A stretch of DNA of 38,421 bases, taken from Saprolegnia diclina VS20 (Eukaryota). Within the stretch, counting starts at the first letter, position 1, and the number at the start of each line of letters is the position of its first letter. The stretch lies in contig NW_008246134.1 in assembly GCF_000281045.1 (NCBI RefSeq), forward strand, positions 84,533 through 122,953. The letters run 5' to 3'. This document shows, piece by piece, positions 22,621-33,128 of this stretch. Position numbers and translations under genes: made by a program. Under the pieces are notes generated by a model. That model had not been told where the DNA came from. It made no database searches and saw nothing but the letters and a program-made list of their open reading frames with translations.

Positions 22621-24111
22621 TTAAGCGGCGAGGAGGGGCGTCACTTCGTTCGTCGTCAAGTCGACGCACACCAGCAGCGCGGACGGGTCGACCTCGACGC
22701 TACCGTTCTTGGGCGGCCCTCGACGCATCTTGGCGCGCGCACCGAGCTCCTTGAACTTGTTGATCGCACGGAGCACGCCGCGCTGGCGCAGGAGCGTCGC
22801 ATGTTGCTCCGGGTTGGACCCGAGCTGGTTGACCGACACGTCGCTCTCATCGGCAATCTCCTCCATGATGATCTCTTCCAAAATGTCTTCGATCGTCACG
22901 ACGCCCGAGATGGTCACCACGTCCGGGTCAATGTCTTGGCCGGTCGCCCAGCACTGCTGCACAATTTCCTTTTGCGGCGTCACGAGCGCAATGTGGCAGC
23001 GGCCTTCTTGAAACACGTTCAGAATCGAGTAGCACGAGTGGTCGGGCGTCACGAGGTTCGGGCGGCGCAGCATGAGGTCCTTGAGCGGCTTGAGGTCGTC
23101 GGGGCTCAGCACAATGAGGCGCTTCACGAGCAAAATGCCGACAATGTTGGTACGATGGTTCTTGTAGACCGGAATGCGACTATAGCCGCTCGCCAAAATG
23201 TCTGTCATCACGTCAAAGTTGAGCAAAATGTCCACATTGAGCATATACACTTGGTCAAACGGCGTCATGACCATCTGCACCGTCTTGGTCGACATGTCGA
23301 GCGCGCCGTGGATGATGGCCACCTCGTCATTGTGCAAGTTGGTGCCCGTGACCGAGTAGAGTGGCGTGCGCACGGAGTGCGCCGGCGTCAACATGGCCTC
23401 GGACGACGAGGCATCGTCCGACGACGACGCGCTACGGAGCGTCGGGAGCCCCCCGATCGTGGTCGGCGACGAGGTGCCATAGTTGGCACGCGCCAGAATG
23501 TCCTTGTACGACTGGAGCTTCGACTGCGACGGCACCTTGAAAGGCGGTGAGTTGTTCTGGAGCGCGACGAGCGCCTTGAGCTCCTTACGCTTGTAGCGCG
23601 TGCTGTCGTGGTCTTCGCCAAGCAAAAAGTCGAGCGCCTTGGAGATGGGCCACGCGATCGGGTACGCAATCAGCGTCAAGAGACGGACGAGCGGTACGAG
23701 CGCAGCCGCGATCGTGAGCTGCGCCTTGCCCGTGAAGAGCGCCGACGGAATGATTTCGCCAAAGAAGAGGACACATGTGACCGAGATGACGACCGCTTGC
23801 GCTTCGGGCACGAGGCGGTTGAGGAAGATGGGCAAGGCTTCGTTGGCAGCGGCGTTGAAGAGGAGAAGCGTCACGAGCAGCAAGTGGTGGCGCTGGATGA
23901 TCGGGAGCAGCTTCGTCGCGCGCTGCTTCTCGACCTCCGAGCCCTGGAGCTCGAGGATCTGGAGGTTGAGCTTATCGAGCGAGAGGAGGCCCATGGTGAG
24001 CCCGGCCATCATGCCGGCTAGGCAGATGAGGCCGATGACCGTGCAGAGTGCAATGTAGAACTCTTCCGGGTTGCAGCTTGGCGTCAGGTATTCATTGTCA
24101 CTACACGCCAT
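22621..24111 (-). CDS. CNNM/DUF21-CBS metal transporter-like protein, paralogue 2, intronless
   Basis: Same motif set: AGMMAGLTMGLLSLD, SGYSRIPVY, GVVTIEDILEEIIMEEIADE. Confidence 0.95.
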   Translation of the reverse strand: MACSDNEYLTPSCNPEEFYIALCTVIGLICLAGMMAGLTMGLLSLDKLNLQILELQGSEVEKQRATKLLPIIQRHHLLLVTLLLFNAAANEALPIFLNRLVPEAQAVVISVTCVLFFGEIIPSALFTGKAQLTIAAALVPLVRLLTLIAYPIAWPISKALDFLLGEDHDSTRYKRKELKALVALQNNSPPFKVPSQSKLQSYKDILARANYGTSSPTTIGGLPTLRSASSSDDASSSEAMLTPAHSVRTPLYSVTGTNLHNDEVAIIHGALDMSTKTVQMVMTPFDQVYMLNVDILLNFDVMTDILASGYSRIPVYKNHRTNIVGILLVKRLIVLSPDDLKPLKDLMLRRPNLVTPDHSCYSILNVFQEGRCHIALVTPQKEIVQQCWATGQDIDPDVVTISGVVTIEDILEEIIMEEIADESDVSVNQLGSNPEQHATLLRQRGVLRAINKFKELGARAKMRRGPPKNGSVEVDPSALLVCVDLTTNEVTPLLAA

Positions 24112-25529
24112 GGACGGGGAACTCGGTGGCTTGGGCTGGGCACGAGGCAGGAATCTCGCAAATGGCAGGCAATCCGCCAACCCAAATGGCTTTTTTGAAA
24201 ATGACAAAGTCGGAAATTTGTGACAGAAACGGTATTTGCACATCCTTCGCTCGACGCCCTTGTGGCAAGCAAGCACAGCAGGACCACGGGATCCTGTACG
24301 ACCAAGAGATCATGTCGACCTATGAGCTGCTATGTCTTCTGCTTTTGCTGTGATTCGCATCGTAGAATGCCGGGCTGTGTGCCTGGAACGTGGTGGTGCA
24401 TGATCGGTTGTACCCCTTTTTGGCAGAATTCGACTGAATTCGGTTTTATGCAGAGAGCAGATGCGTGTCGCAGGCGAAATACGATTGTAATGAATATCAA
24501 TTTAACAAAGCAAGTTAAAAAGCAAATGACCAGATTGGTCACTGCATGTGGAGCTGCGAGGTCGAGGCTGAGGTTCGAGGCCGAGCAAATCTCGAATGGC
24601 ATAGATTTCATCTCAAAGAACAAGCGACGATTTGTAGCATAAGCGACGGCAGAGCGGACAGTGGTGTGATTACACTGGGACTGTACGATGGGTGGCCTCC
24701 GTACCTCTTTCCTGTGTACGTTGACGACGCCGCAGCCGCGGGCATACACGCGCCGCCGGATCTTTTAGAAGTAATAGACAAATCCCTGTCCAACCTTGGA
24801 CAAGCAGTAGCATCAGCATCATACCTTCGTCCACAGGACAGACGATCAACACAGTCGTCATAAAATACTGTGGCCGTTCAAATATGCCTCGAATAACGTA
24901 GTGGCGACATTGGCCGCCATCATCGTCGTCCCGCATTTGTCGATACTGCTGCGAGTGACTGTTGCTGCTTCATCTCTTTGAAAGACGCAGGGCGACGCCG
25001 CCGTGCACCTTATTTAAGAACCCATTTCTAATCGCTTAGAAAAAGCTTGATTCACGTGTGGCGTTGGCCAGAAGTCAGAAAGAGCGCGCCTGGACGACGC
25101 CAGTGACGATGGATGTGGACCAGTCCATCGGACGTGGTAGCGACCAGAATTCTCGATGAATCGATTCGAAATTGTGTCGAAATGCTTGGCGAATCGATCA
25201 CTTTCTTCCGCATCCTTCCCCCTGGTTCCCGGTTCTTATTTTGCATTCTAAAATCTTGGTGGACTTCAAGTTGATGCAATGACAAGAGCTTTTTGGTCGA
25301 GATGGTGTGGCGCGAAGCTCGGCAGCGAGGCCCGAGCCGTTCGCCGCCTCACCCAATAAATTGAAGATACTGCTCTGCAAGGCGGTAAAATTTCGATCTA
25401 TGGAGGCGGTGAGAAGGAGTTGGGCGACTGCTTCGTTAGCCTGGGATCTGCGCGGTGTGCCAACGTTGTCTGGACAAGTGCTTCATTAATTATAAGGGAC
25501 GACCGTCAACGAAAGCGTAGGCAGCTAAA

Positions 25530-26396
25530 TTACGACGGAGACGTCCGCGGCGCCGATGCTGGTGGTTGCGCATTGTTGGCCAGCGGCCGGTTTGGAGGCT
25601 GTGGGTTGGTCATCGCGTGCGTGGACACCCACGTAAAGTGCTGTGTTTCTTTCAGGAACTCCATGCGCACGCGCTTAAAGTGGCCGAGCGTCGCAGCCAT
25701 GCACTCGTGCTCGTCGCTGGGCTCAGTTGTGTGCACGAGCTCGTCGCGGAGGTTCGCGATCACTGCATTCACGCTCATCAGAGCCCGCGAGATCATATCG
25801 AGCGACTTGATGGCGTGGTCCAACTGCTCTTCGTCTGTCTCGTCCGACCGCCGCCGTTTGAGGAGAGACGTCATGACCTCGGCCATCGAATAGTCGACGC
25901 TCGAGTGCGGTGCGCGACTGGTCGACGCCGGACGTGGCGCGGGCGTCGTCGTAGTTGGTCGCGGCGCCGGGGCTGCCACCGCTGACGGCAGCGGAGCATT
26001 TGACGGTTGATTGCATGGCGCCAACGGAGGCGCCTGCGCCCGCGGCCGAATCATCGGCGATGGCGCGTTGGAAAAGACGGGGATCGGCAGCAGTATCGGC
26101 GCCGGCGGCACGGGTCGGAACTGGTCGCTTTGCACGCTAACGGCGGCGGCAATGCGCGGCACCGGGTTGCGGCCGGCGTCGTCGCTCGGTCGCGGGCGAT
26201 AGGCGACAACCTGCTGCTCGATGCCACGGTCGTTGTCGCGCAGCAGCTGAACGAGACAGTCCTTCGTGTTGTTCGAGTCCGGACCCCGCTTGATGAGCTT
26301 GAGCTTTCGCCGCGCGACCTCCTTCCGGAGGTTCTCGACCGTCACGCGCTCGTACGGCTCGCGGACCGTGTCCGCGGTGCTGCTGTCCCGGTCCAT
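25530..26396 (-). CDS. Hypothetical protein with N-terminal SAP/HeH-like helical motif, Pro-rich linker and C-terminal helices
   Basis: MDRDSS...VTVENLRKEVARRKLKLIKRGPDSNNTKDCLVQLLRDND; coding-like codon usage; CCAAT boxes upstream; 3' end may be spliced. Confidence 0.65.
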   Translation of the reverse strand: MDRDSSTADTVREPYERVTVENLRKEVARRKLKLIKRGPDSNNTKDCLVQLLRDNDRGIEQQVVAYRPRPSDDAGRNPVPRIAAAVSVQSDQFRPVPPAPILLPIPVFSNAPSPMIRPRAQAPPLAPCNQPSNAPLPSAVAAPAPRPTTTTPAPRPASTSRAPHSSVDYSMAEVMTSLLKRRRSDETDEEQLDHAIKSLDMISRALMSVNAVIANLRDELVHTTEPSDEHECMAATLGHFKRVRMEFLKETQHFTWVSTHAMTNPQPPNRPLANNAQPPASAPRTSPS

Positions 26397-26609
26397 TCCA
26401 GTGCAAGGTGATTGGCGACTGGCGAGATCCAGCCCACTGAAATCGGCGCCCTTCCTGAGCGTGGATTGGTGCATTTTGAGCCATGGCTTTGAATTGGCCA
26501 ATCCGAGTGCTCCACTTGAATCGCCCGAATGGTTTTTACTTTGCACTTTGGCGGTTCAAGCTTCTGCCAGCCCACCTCGCTCAGGACTTAGTACGAATCG
26601 ATTAACAAG

Positions 26610-28097
26610 TTAGGCATAACGCGGCGTGGGGCGAGGTGCAACGTGCAGCCAGACACCGAGCTCTGGCTTTTGCACGATGCCAACGAGCTTGGGCTGGATC
26701 GGCGGTGCGTCCTTGGGGCGCGTCAGAACGCACTGCTGGAGGATCGATACGAGCATGCACGTCGACTCGAGCGTGGCAAAGCGCATGCCAACGCAGTTGC
26801 GCGGGCCGCCCGAAAAGGTCATGAAGCGATACGCCCGGTCCTTTGCACTCATTTGCTCGTCGTTGGCGTCCGTCGTCAGGTGGCACTCGGGCTTGAACTC
26901 GAGGACGTCGTTGCCCCAGTTGAGCCGCGACCAATTGATGCACCATATCGAGAGAAACACCGTCGTCTCGGCTGCGACCGTGTAGCCACCGATATCGAGA
27001 TCGGTCTCGAGGTTACGCATCGTCGCGGGGAGCGGTGGAAAGAGGCGCAACGACTCGGTGAGCACGGCGTTGAGGTACGGCAGGTTCTGCAGCACCTCGT
27101 ACTTGATCTTGCCATCTCGTCCGACGACCGCGTCGATCTCGGCGACCGCCTTGGCTTGGACGTCGGGGTACGCGGCGAGAAGGCACAGCGTGTAACCCAT
27201 GCCCGTGCTCGTCGTGTCGTAGCCGCCGAAGAAGAACATGACCACGTTGTCAATGAGCATCTCGGGTGCGATCGGGTCCGTCTCGGACGCAGAGGCATCC
27301 AGCAACGCCTGGAGGAGGTCCGGGTGCGCGCCACCGGGATTTGCACCGCGCTCTGTGATGATTTTGTTGAGCGTATTGTGGACAATTGCCGCTTCTCGGT
27401 GGTACCGGCGGTTGGTCGCCGTCGGAAGCTCGCTGGCTGCAGCGGCGCCTCGAACGTCCGACGCGAGACTTCGCCGAGCAAAAAGCAAAAAGATTTGCCA
27501 ATCGGATGCATGTTGTCGCGGAGCGCGTAGATGTCAACGCCAAACGCCGTGAGCGTGATCATGTCGAGCGCTGACAGCTGCATAACGTGGTGGACGTCGA
27601 GTTACGCGCCAGTGAGGAGCTTTGCCGTGGCTTCGGCGGCCACGCTGGCCATGGCCGGGAGCATCTCGGCGAGGTACTTCCAGTGGAACGCACGGGCGAC
27701 GAGGCATCGATGCGCTTTCCATTCTGCGCGAGCGACGTCAAGGACTTGTCGCCGAGGAAGCTGCGCGAGTACGTGTCGAGGAGCGGCGTCGGCTTGCGGT
27801 AGCTCGATGCGCACGTGACCGCGCGCACGTGCTCAGCTTTGAGGACGCCAACGACCGGCATCGTCGCGAGCCTGCAGGAGACCAAGCCGTCGTCGTTGGC
27901 CGCGTCGACAAAGATACGCTCGCTGCCTTGAAGGGCACCAATGCATGGCGACGCCGAGGAAGGGCGTGTGGAGCATAGTGCGGAAATGCGAGGCCCGCGA
28001 CAAACGGCATGTTGCGGCCAAAGCGGTTGTAGGTCCAGACAAGCGCTAGCGTGAAGAGGCAGGCGCCGGTCGACGCGCTCTCGATGAGGTCGGCCAT
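26610..28097 (-). pseudogene. Cytochrome P450 with about four frameshifts and an in-frame TAA (27602-27604) in the 5' half
   Basis: Open 3' half with FFGGYDTT, ESLR, KPECH and FSGGPRNCVG; the 5' half aligns to the neighbouring P450 only by switching frame near 27980, 27945, 27740 and 27430. Confidence 0.85.
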
Positions 28098-28178
28098 CGG
28101 TGTGGTCGAAGCTCGGCAGCGCAGGACTGGCAGCTGTGATAAAGCTGGTGAATCCAGCCCAAATCTCTTCTTAGCGCG

Positions 28179-28250
28179 GATTGGCTGCATCTACACCAAT
28201 CAGCACGCGCGAATCAGGACATGGACAAAACAATCGCATTTGATTGGCTG
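28179..28250. promoter_or_regulatory. Cluster of three CCAAT boxes upstream of the first P450
   Basis: GATTGGCTG, CCAATCAG and GATTGGCTG within about 70 nt; similar boxes near 7170, 9296, 10855, 26410-26500 and 32780-33045. Confidence 0.55.
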
Positions 28251-28536
28251 TTGCGATGCAAATCTTAAGATGGCTGCATCACGGTGCAGGCGGCCACGGG
28301 TTGTGATGGCCGGTTGCTGCCCTTACGACGCCTCGTTGATGGACGACGCGCTGGCTCCTCCAGATATACGTCGAGCTACTCCAAGGCAGGGCGCAACATG
28401 CAGCTCCAGCGACTCGAGGTGGTGCGCACACGACATCGACCTTGCCTTCGGTGGGCGAAAGCGAAAATGCCAACTCGAGGACATCCAAGATCATCATTTT
28501 TGAATGTAGCAAGCATCGACAACAATGGCGTCCACC

Positions 28537-30021
28537 TTACGCGCAAGGAGGCAATGGCGTGACACGGACCCAGACCCCGTGGGCCGGCACTTGTAGAATG
28601 CCCGAGATCTTGGGCGTGACCGGCGGTGCGTCCGACGGGCGCGTCAGCCAGCATCGACGCAGCATCGTAGCCAGCATGACAACGGCCTCAAGCATCGCAA
28701 AGCGCATGCCGACGCAGTTGCGCGGTCCGGCAGAGAAGGACATCATGCGAAAGGTGCGGTCGGAGCAAATCTCGTCGCTCGCTCCTTCAACGTGGCGCTC
28801 GGGCCGAAAGGCATCGGCGTCGTCGCCCCAGTTGAGGCGCGAACGGTTGATTTCCCAGATTGGCAAGTAGACTAACGTGCCCGCGGGGATCGTATGGCCG
28901 TCAAGGACCAGATCGGCCTCCAAGGTCCGGCTTGTCCCAGGTCCTGGAGGAAAGAGTCGCAATGCCTCGGTCATGACTGCGTATACGTATGGCAGGCGGC
29001 CGATCGACTCGTAGGTGATAGGTTCGTGGCGGCCAACGACGGCTTCGACCTCAGCCAGCGCTTACTCCTGCACGTCCGGGTGCGTCGAGAGGAGGTGCAT
29101 GGCGTACGCCAGGGCAGTTGCGACTGTGTCAAAGCCCGCAAAGAGGAAGGTGAGGAGGTTGTCAGCCAGCGTCGCCGGCGTCACGACGCTGGATTCGTCG
29201 GCGGCCGCAGCGAGAAGTGATCCCAACAAGTCGTGCTTGGTCGTCGCAATATCCGACATGCGAGCGACAACGATCATCTCGAGCGTCGAGCGCAAGATGC
29301 GAGCTTCACGCTTGTACCGGCGGTTGGCCGGTGTCGGGAGATCGTACCATACACTCGCCGGGTGCAGAGTGTCGTCAAAGCCCCGGCGCTTGGCTTCGTT
29401 CAAAAGAAACTCAAAGGCGGACGTGACGCCATTCTTGCCATTGGCCAGCGCTTCGAAATCGTAGCCGAATGCGCACTGACCGATCGTATCGAGAGCCGCG
29501 AGCTTGAGTAGTGGCGCTACATCCACGGACGCACCGCTGCCTGTCTGCAGCGCGACGTCGACGAACGCCTCGGCGACTTCGACCATCGTCGGCACCATTT
29601 GCGCCAGGCTCTGCCAGTGAAAGGCCTTGGCAACGAGCCGCCGATGGCTTTTCCACTCGTGGCGCGATAGCAGCAGAAGCGACGCATCGCCGAGCAGCTT
29701 GCGCAAGTGATTCCCGAGAATCGGGACCATTTCGCGGTAGCTCGTCGCACACACCACCTGACGCACGTGGTCTGCTTTGAGCACCGAGACGGCGTTGGTC
29801 GTAAGGAGCCGGAACGACACCATGCCGTTGGCGTCCGCGGCGTCGGCGAAGAGGCGGTCGCAGCCATTGATCGAGCCGAGGAGCCCGGCGACACCCAAGA
29901 AAGGCTGGTGCAGAGACGCCGGAAACGGTACGCCGTGCAGGAATGGCTCGTTGCGGCCAAAGCGCCAGTAGATGTACGCGATGGCGGGCGCAGTGACGGC
30001 GACGGCGCTCTCAGCAAACAT
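28537..30021 (-). pseudogene. Cytochrome P450, intronless, one premature TAA at 29062-29064
   Basis: ORFs 29062-30021 and 28537-28974 share a frame; WKSHRR, FAGFDT, EALR, FRPERH, FSAGPRNCVG; the stop falls where the paralogue has Lys (PDVQAKAVAE vs PDVQE*ALAE). Confidence 0.85.
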
Positions 30022-30131
30022 GTAAACGCTCCAAGCGCATCAAGAGCTATTGACGTTGATAGAGATTACAAGCGATGGCGAATATGCATTATGATTAACG
30101 TTATTGAAGCACAACGAGCTACTCGTTCAAC

Positions 30132-31513
30132 TTAGACAATGTCCAAGTCGTAGAGACTCGACCGACGCAAGCGATCGAGTATTTCGTCCATGTGGGCTTC
30201 GTAGAGATGGCCAAGGAGCGTGAGCGGACTCACCGGCACGATGTCGGTGACGTCGACGCTTTGCAGCCAAGGCGACTGAATCCCGACGCACCCGGCCGCC
30301 GACGGCCACACGTGGATCGAGCCGAGGCGGAACACGTGCTTCAACACCGCGTCTTTGGTCGAGAAGACGTTGACGATGCGCGCGGGCGACGTATCGGGAA
30401 AGACATACGCAGCGGCGTGCGAAAAGTCATGGTGCGGCACAAACGCCGCAGCAAACATCATCTACACCCAAACGCTAAGATCTGAGAAATGAACTCGTCT
30501 ACGAACGAACCGCTTGGTGGAGGTAGACGCGGTCCTCGGGCGCCACGGCTTCGTTGCCGCTCGCCAAGTGGTCCAGAAGGCTGGCAACGACGGCGCCGCC
30601 GAGCGAGTGGCCGACAACGGTCACCTTGCGCTGGGCAAAGAGCGCTGGCTTGGAGAGAAAGAGCTCGGCGAGGACGGCGCCGACTTGGTGGGCCTTGTTT
30701 TGCGCACTGTTCCACGGGTTCTCTACGTGATCGTGATGCAACCTGGCATGTTGGACTTGGAGCGTACTGGTGATCTGCGACGCCAAGCTGTCGATGGTCA
30801 AGACACGTCCGACGCAATCGATGATGTCGCCGACGTTGCCCGCTTCCCACTCGACAGCATAACATGCCGCTAGCACCGACAATCAAGATTTGTCGCTCTG
30901 ACGTCATTGCGGTACCGTCCGACTGGCAAAAGACGTCCCAATTGGCCCGTGGGTTGCGGCCGTGGGACATGAAACCGTCGATCGTGACAACGATGTGCTC
31001 GGACGTTGCCACGTCACCGTGAAACGGCACGAGCTTGAGCCAGTTGACGCGGCGAACGGCGCGGTTCATGTCCATCCAGCTGTACGCCGAGTCGAGCGTT
31101 GCGTCCTTGAGCCCCGAGATGGCAGCGATCACGGGACTCGTCTTGTCCTACGCTAGCTGATGAATGGACATCATAGACGAGGAACCAACCTCGTCGCGCT
31201 CTGGCGACCGCGGTGTGCTGTCGAGGCGCAAGAGCGCGTTCACAAAGCCCAAGGCGCCGCCGACAACAGCGACTTTGACGTCGGACGACAGCGTCTGGTC
31301 AGTCGGCTGCACGTCGATTGCGTCGGCAATCATGTCGTCGAGCTCCAAGTGCACGAGCTGCGTCACGGCCTCGGCGGCGATCGGCAGCGTCTGGATGCGG
31401 TCCCATTCGTCCGTCGTGAGCCGGCCCTTGGCGATGAGGTCCATCGCGTCGTCATGAAGAAGCGCAGAAACCATTGTCAGCAAAATATAGAATGAGCCGA
31501 GCACGAGGTTCAT
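30132..31513 (-). CDS. DUF726/TMCO4-like alpha/beta hydrolase with N-terminal hydrophobic signal, 5 exons
   Basis: VTIDGFMS, YAVEWE, NPWNSAQNKA, KVTVVGHSLGG nucleophile elbow, IVNVFSTKDAVL, LGHLY; introns 31148-31189, 30870-30915, 30723-30767, 30462-30510. Confidence 0.85.
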
Positions 31514-32586
31514 GGGCCTCGCGCGTCGGACGGTGAATGCGGACCGTGACGCTCCACGACGCTCGTCTTTGTATCTGGTCCAAAAATAGGATGCGCGCCC
31601 AGGTTCAGAACTTCAAATTCGCATCTGAAGCGCGTCAACCTGCGATCGCAATGCACGGGCGCTATGCCCGCTACCTTGCTCGCGGGTATCTAAAATGTGT
31701 GTAGTCCCCTTGGAATCACGCACAGCGTCTCGTATAGTCGAATGAGCAGTACTGGTTGACAGTCATGAATGCCAAGTTCGCGCGGCTGGAGCACGTTCCG
31801 CGGAAATGCGAAGTCGCGCCCGCATGATCGGATCAGCTGCATGACGTCACAGCGCGCTGGAGCGTGATGGAAAGCGTCATGGATCCATCGTCCCGTGTCA
31901 TCGTGTCCTCATGGAGCGTAAGCTGTCCCGTCAACTTCGCTCGAGAAAGGGAAACGGAATGCTGGTCAATCAGGAATGCACGTCACCCAGGACACGCGTC
32001 ACGGGCCACTGGTCACACGGGCTCCTGACCGGTGTCCCTACATCGCCTCACGGTCGAGTCGACTGTGCTCGAGGTAACAGCGCCAGAAATACCCAGGACG
32101 AATTATCGACACTGCTTGATAATAGCGTACGTCCTTTGACCAAGCACTGCAAAAGATGGAGCTGAAACTCATGTTCCAAACGACTTCGCCGAAACTCAAA
32201 GGGTCGGTTTTAGGCTGGATTTTAGGGGTACTTCAGGAACTTTTGCCTGAAAAACATCTTTGTGGCATTCAGAGCCCTCACACTAACCCAGTAGAACCTC
32301 GCCAACTCCGGCAACAGAGCTAGAGCGAGCATACCGCTAGCGCAGTAGCCATTTCCGCGCCCGTCTTGACACTGTTGTGCAGAAAGAAGCGCAATTGAAT
32401 GGTGGTCTATAACTCAACTGAAATTGCTATTGGCGTCGCTTCAGACGCACGTGTTCACGGTCGCAACGATGACCGAGCGCCCAGTTCACAATTTGGCATC
32501 GAAAAGAGCAGCAATCGCGAAGAAAGCCGACACGAGACAACGACTCAAGGCGTGGGTGTGACGAGGCCCCGTGAAACGTTGCTCAG

Positions 32587-32669
32587 GGTCACTTGACTGG
32601 CTTCCAGTCTGTCACTTGACGACCGTAACTAGATGCGCGGCGGTTACAGTAGGACCTTGGTCACTTGAC
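32587..32669. promoter_or_regulatory. Three copies of GTCACTTGAC in the divergent DUF726/methyltransferase intergenic region
   Basis: Exact 10-mers at 32588, 32611 and 32660; reverse complements at 20637 and 20829. Confidence 0.55.
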
Positions 32670-33082
32670 AGCCGTGAATTCCATGGATCGCGTCACGCGA
32701 ACGCCGAATGCAGCGGCTATCAGCCACAAAATTGGGATTGCTGTGTCGCGGCGATGACGGGGCTGGCCCACGGGCGCCGATTGGCGACGCCTTGAGATAG
32801 GTACCACGCCATGTGTGTCGTACGAGCGCCGCTTTGGGGCCGCTGCGAAGTCGGCTTCAAGCGGCAATACGCCATCTGGTTTTGCCAGCCAATCAAACGC
32901 AGCGGTTTCACTGTGTCATGATCTTGGCGCGATTTGGCGCCGGGAGGCCACGCCACGCCTAACCCTCCTTGCGGCTGTTTGTCCTTCGCACGTAGCTTCT
33001 CGAACCGTTGTAAACAGGACGGCGCTTGTTTCGGCCATCTACCAATCCCAGTGGGTCGGCTTCGGTCCGTGGAGCCCTCGGT

Positions 33083-33100
33083 TCATTCCTCATTTTTCCA
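33083..33100 (+). promoter_or_regulatory. Oomycete INR/FPR-like core promoter
   Basis: TCATTCCTCATTTTTCC about 45 nt upstream of ATG 33129, with CCAAT at about 33042. Confidence 0.6.
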
Positions 33101-33128
33101 GTAAACACACACCACAACACCACCGACC

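Noticed and set aside
24330..25500. Short ORFs and small palindromes (e.g. TGACCA-GAT-TGGTCA at 24527) upstream of the CNNM pair
   Set aside because: AT-richer intergenic sequence with no coding signal; single short palindromes are expected by chance
27602..29064. Stop-codon reassignment to explain in-frame TAA in both P450s
   Set aside because: TAA ends several normal genes here (deaminase, TRM61, methyltransferase), and one P450 also has frameshifts
31726..31800. Vaguely tRNA-like stretch (TATAGTC...GTTCG)
   Set aside because: No pairing acceptor stem or canonical T-arm
32207..32228. Telomere-like TTTAGG/TTTAGGG words
   Set aside because: Only two non-tandem copies
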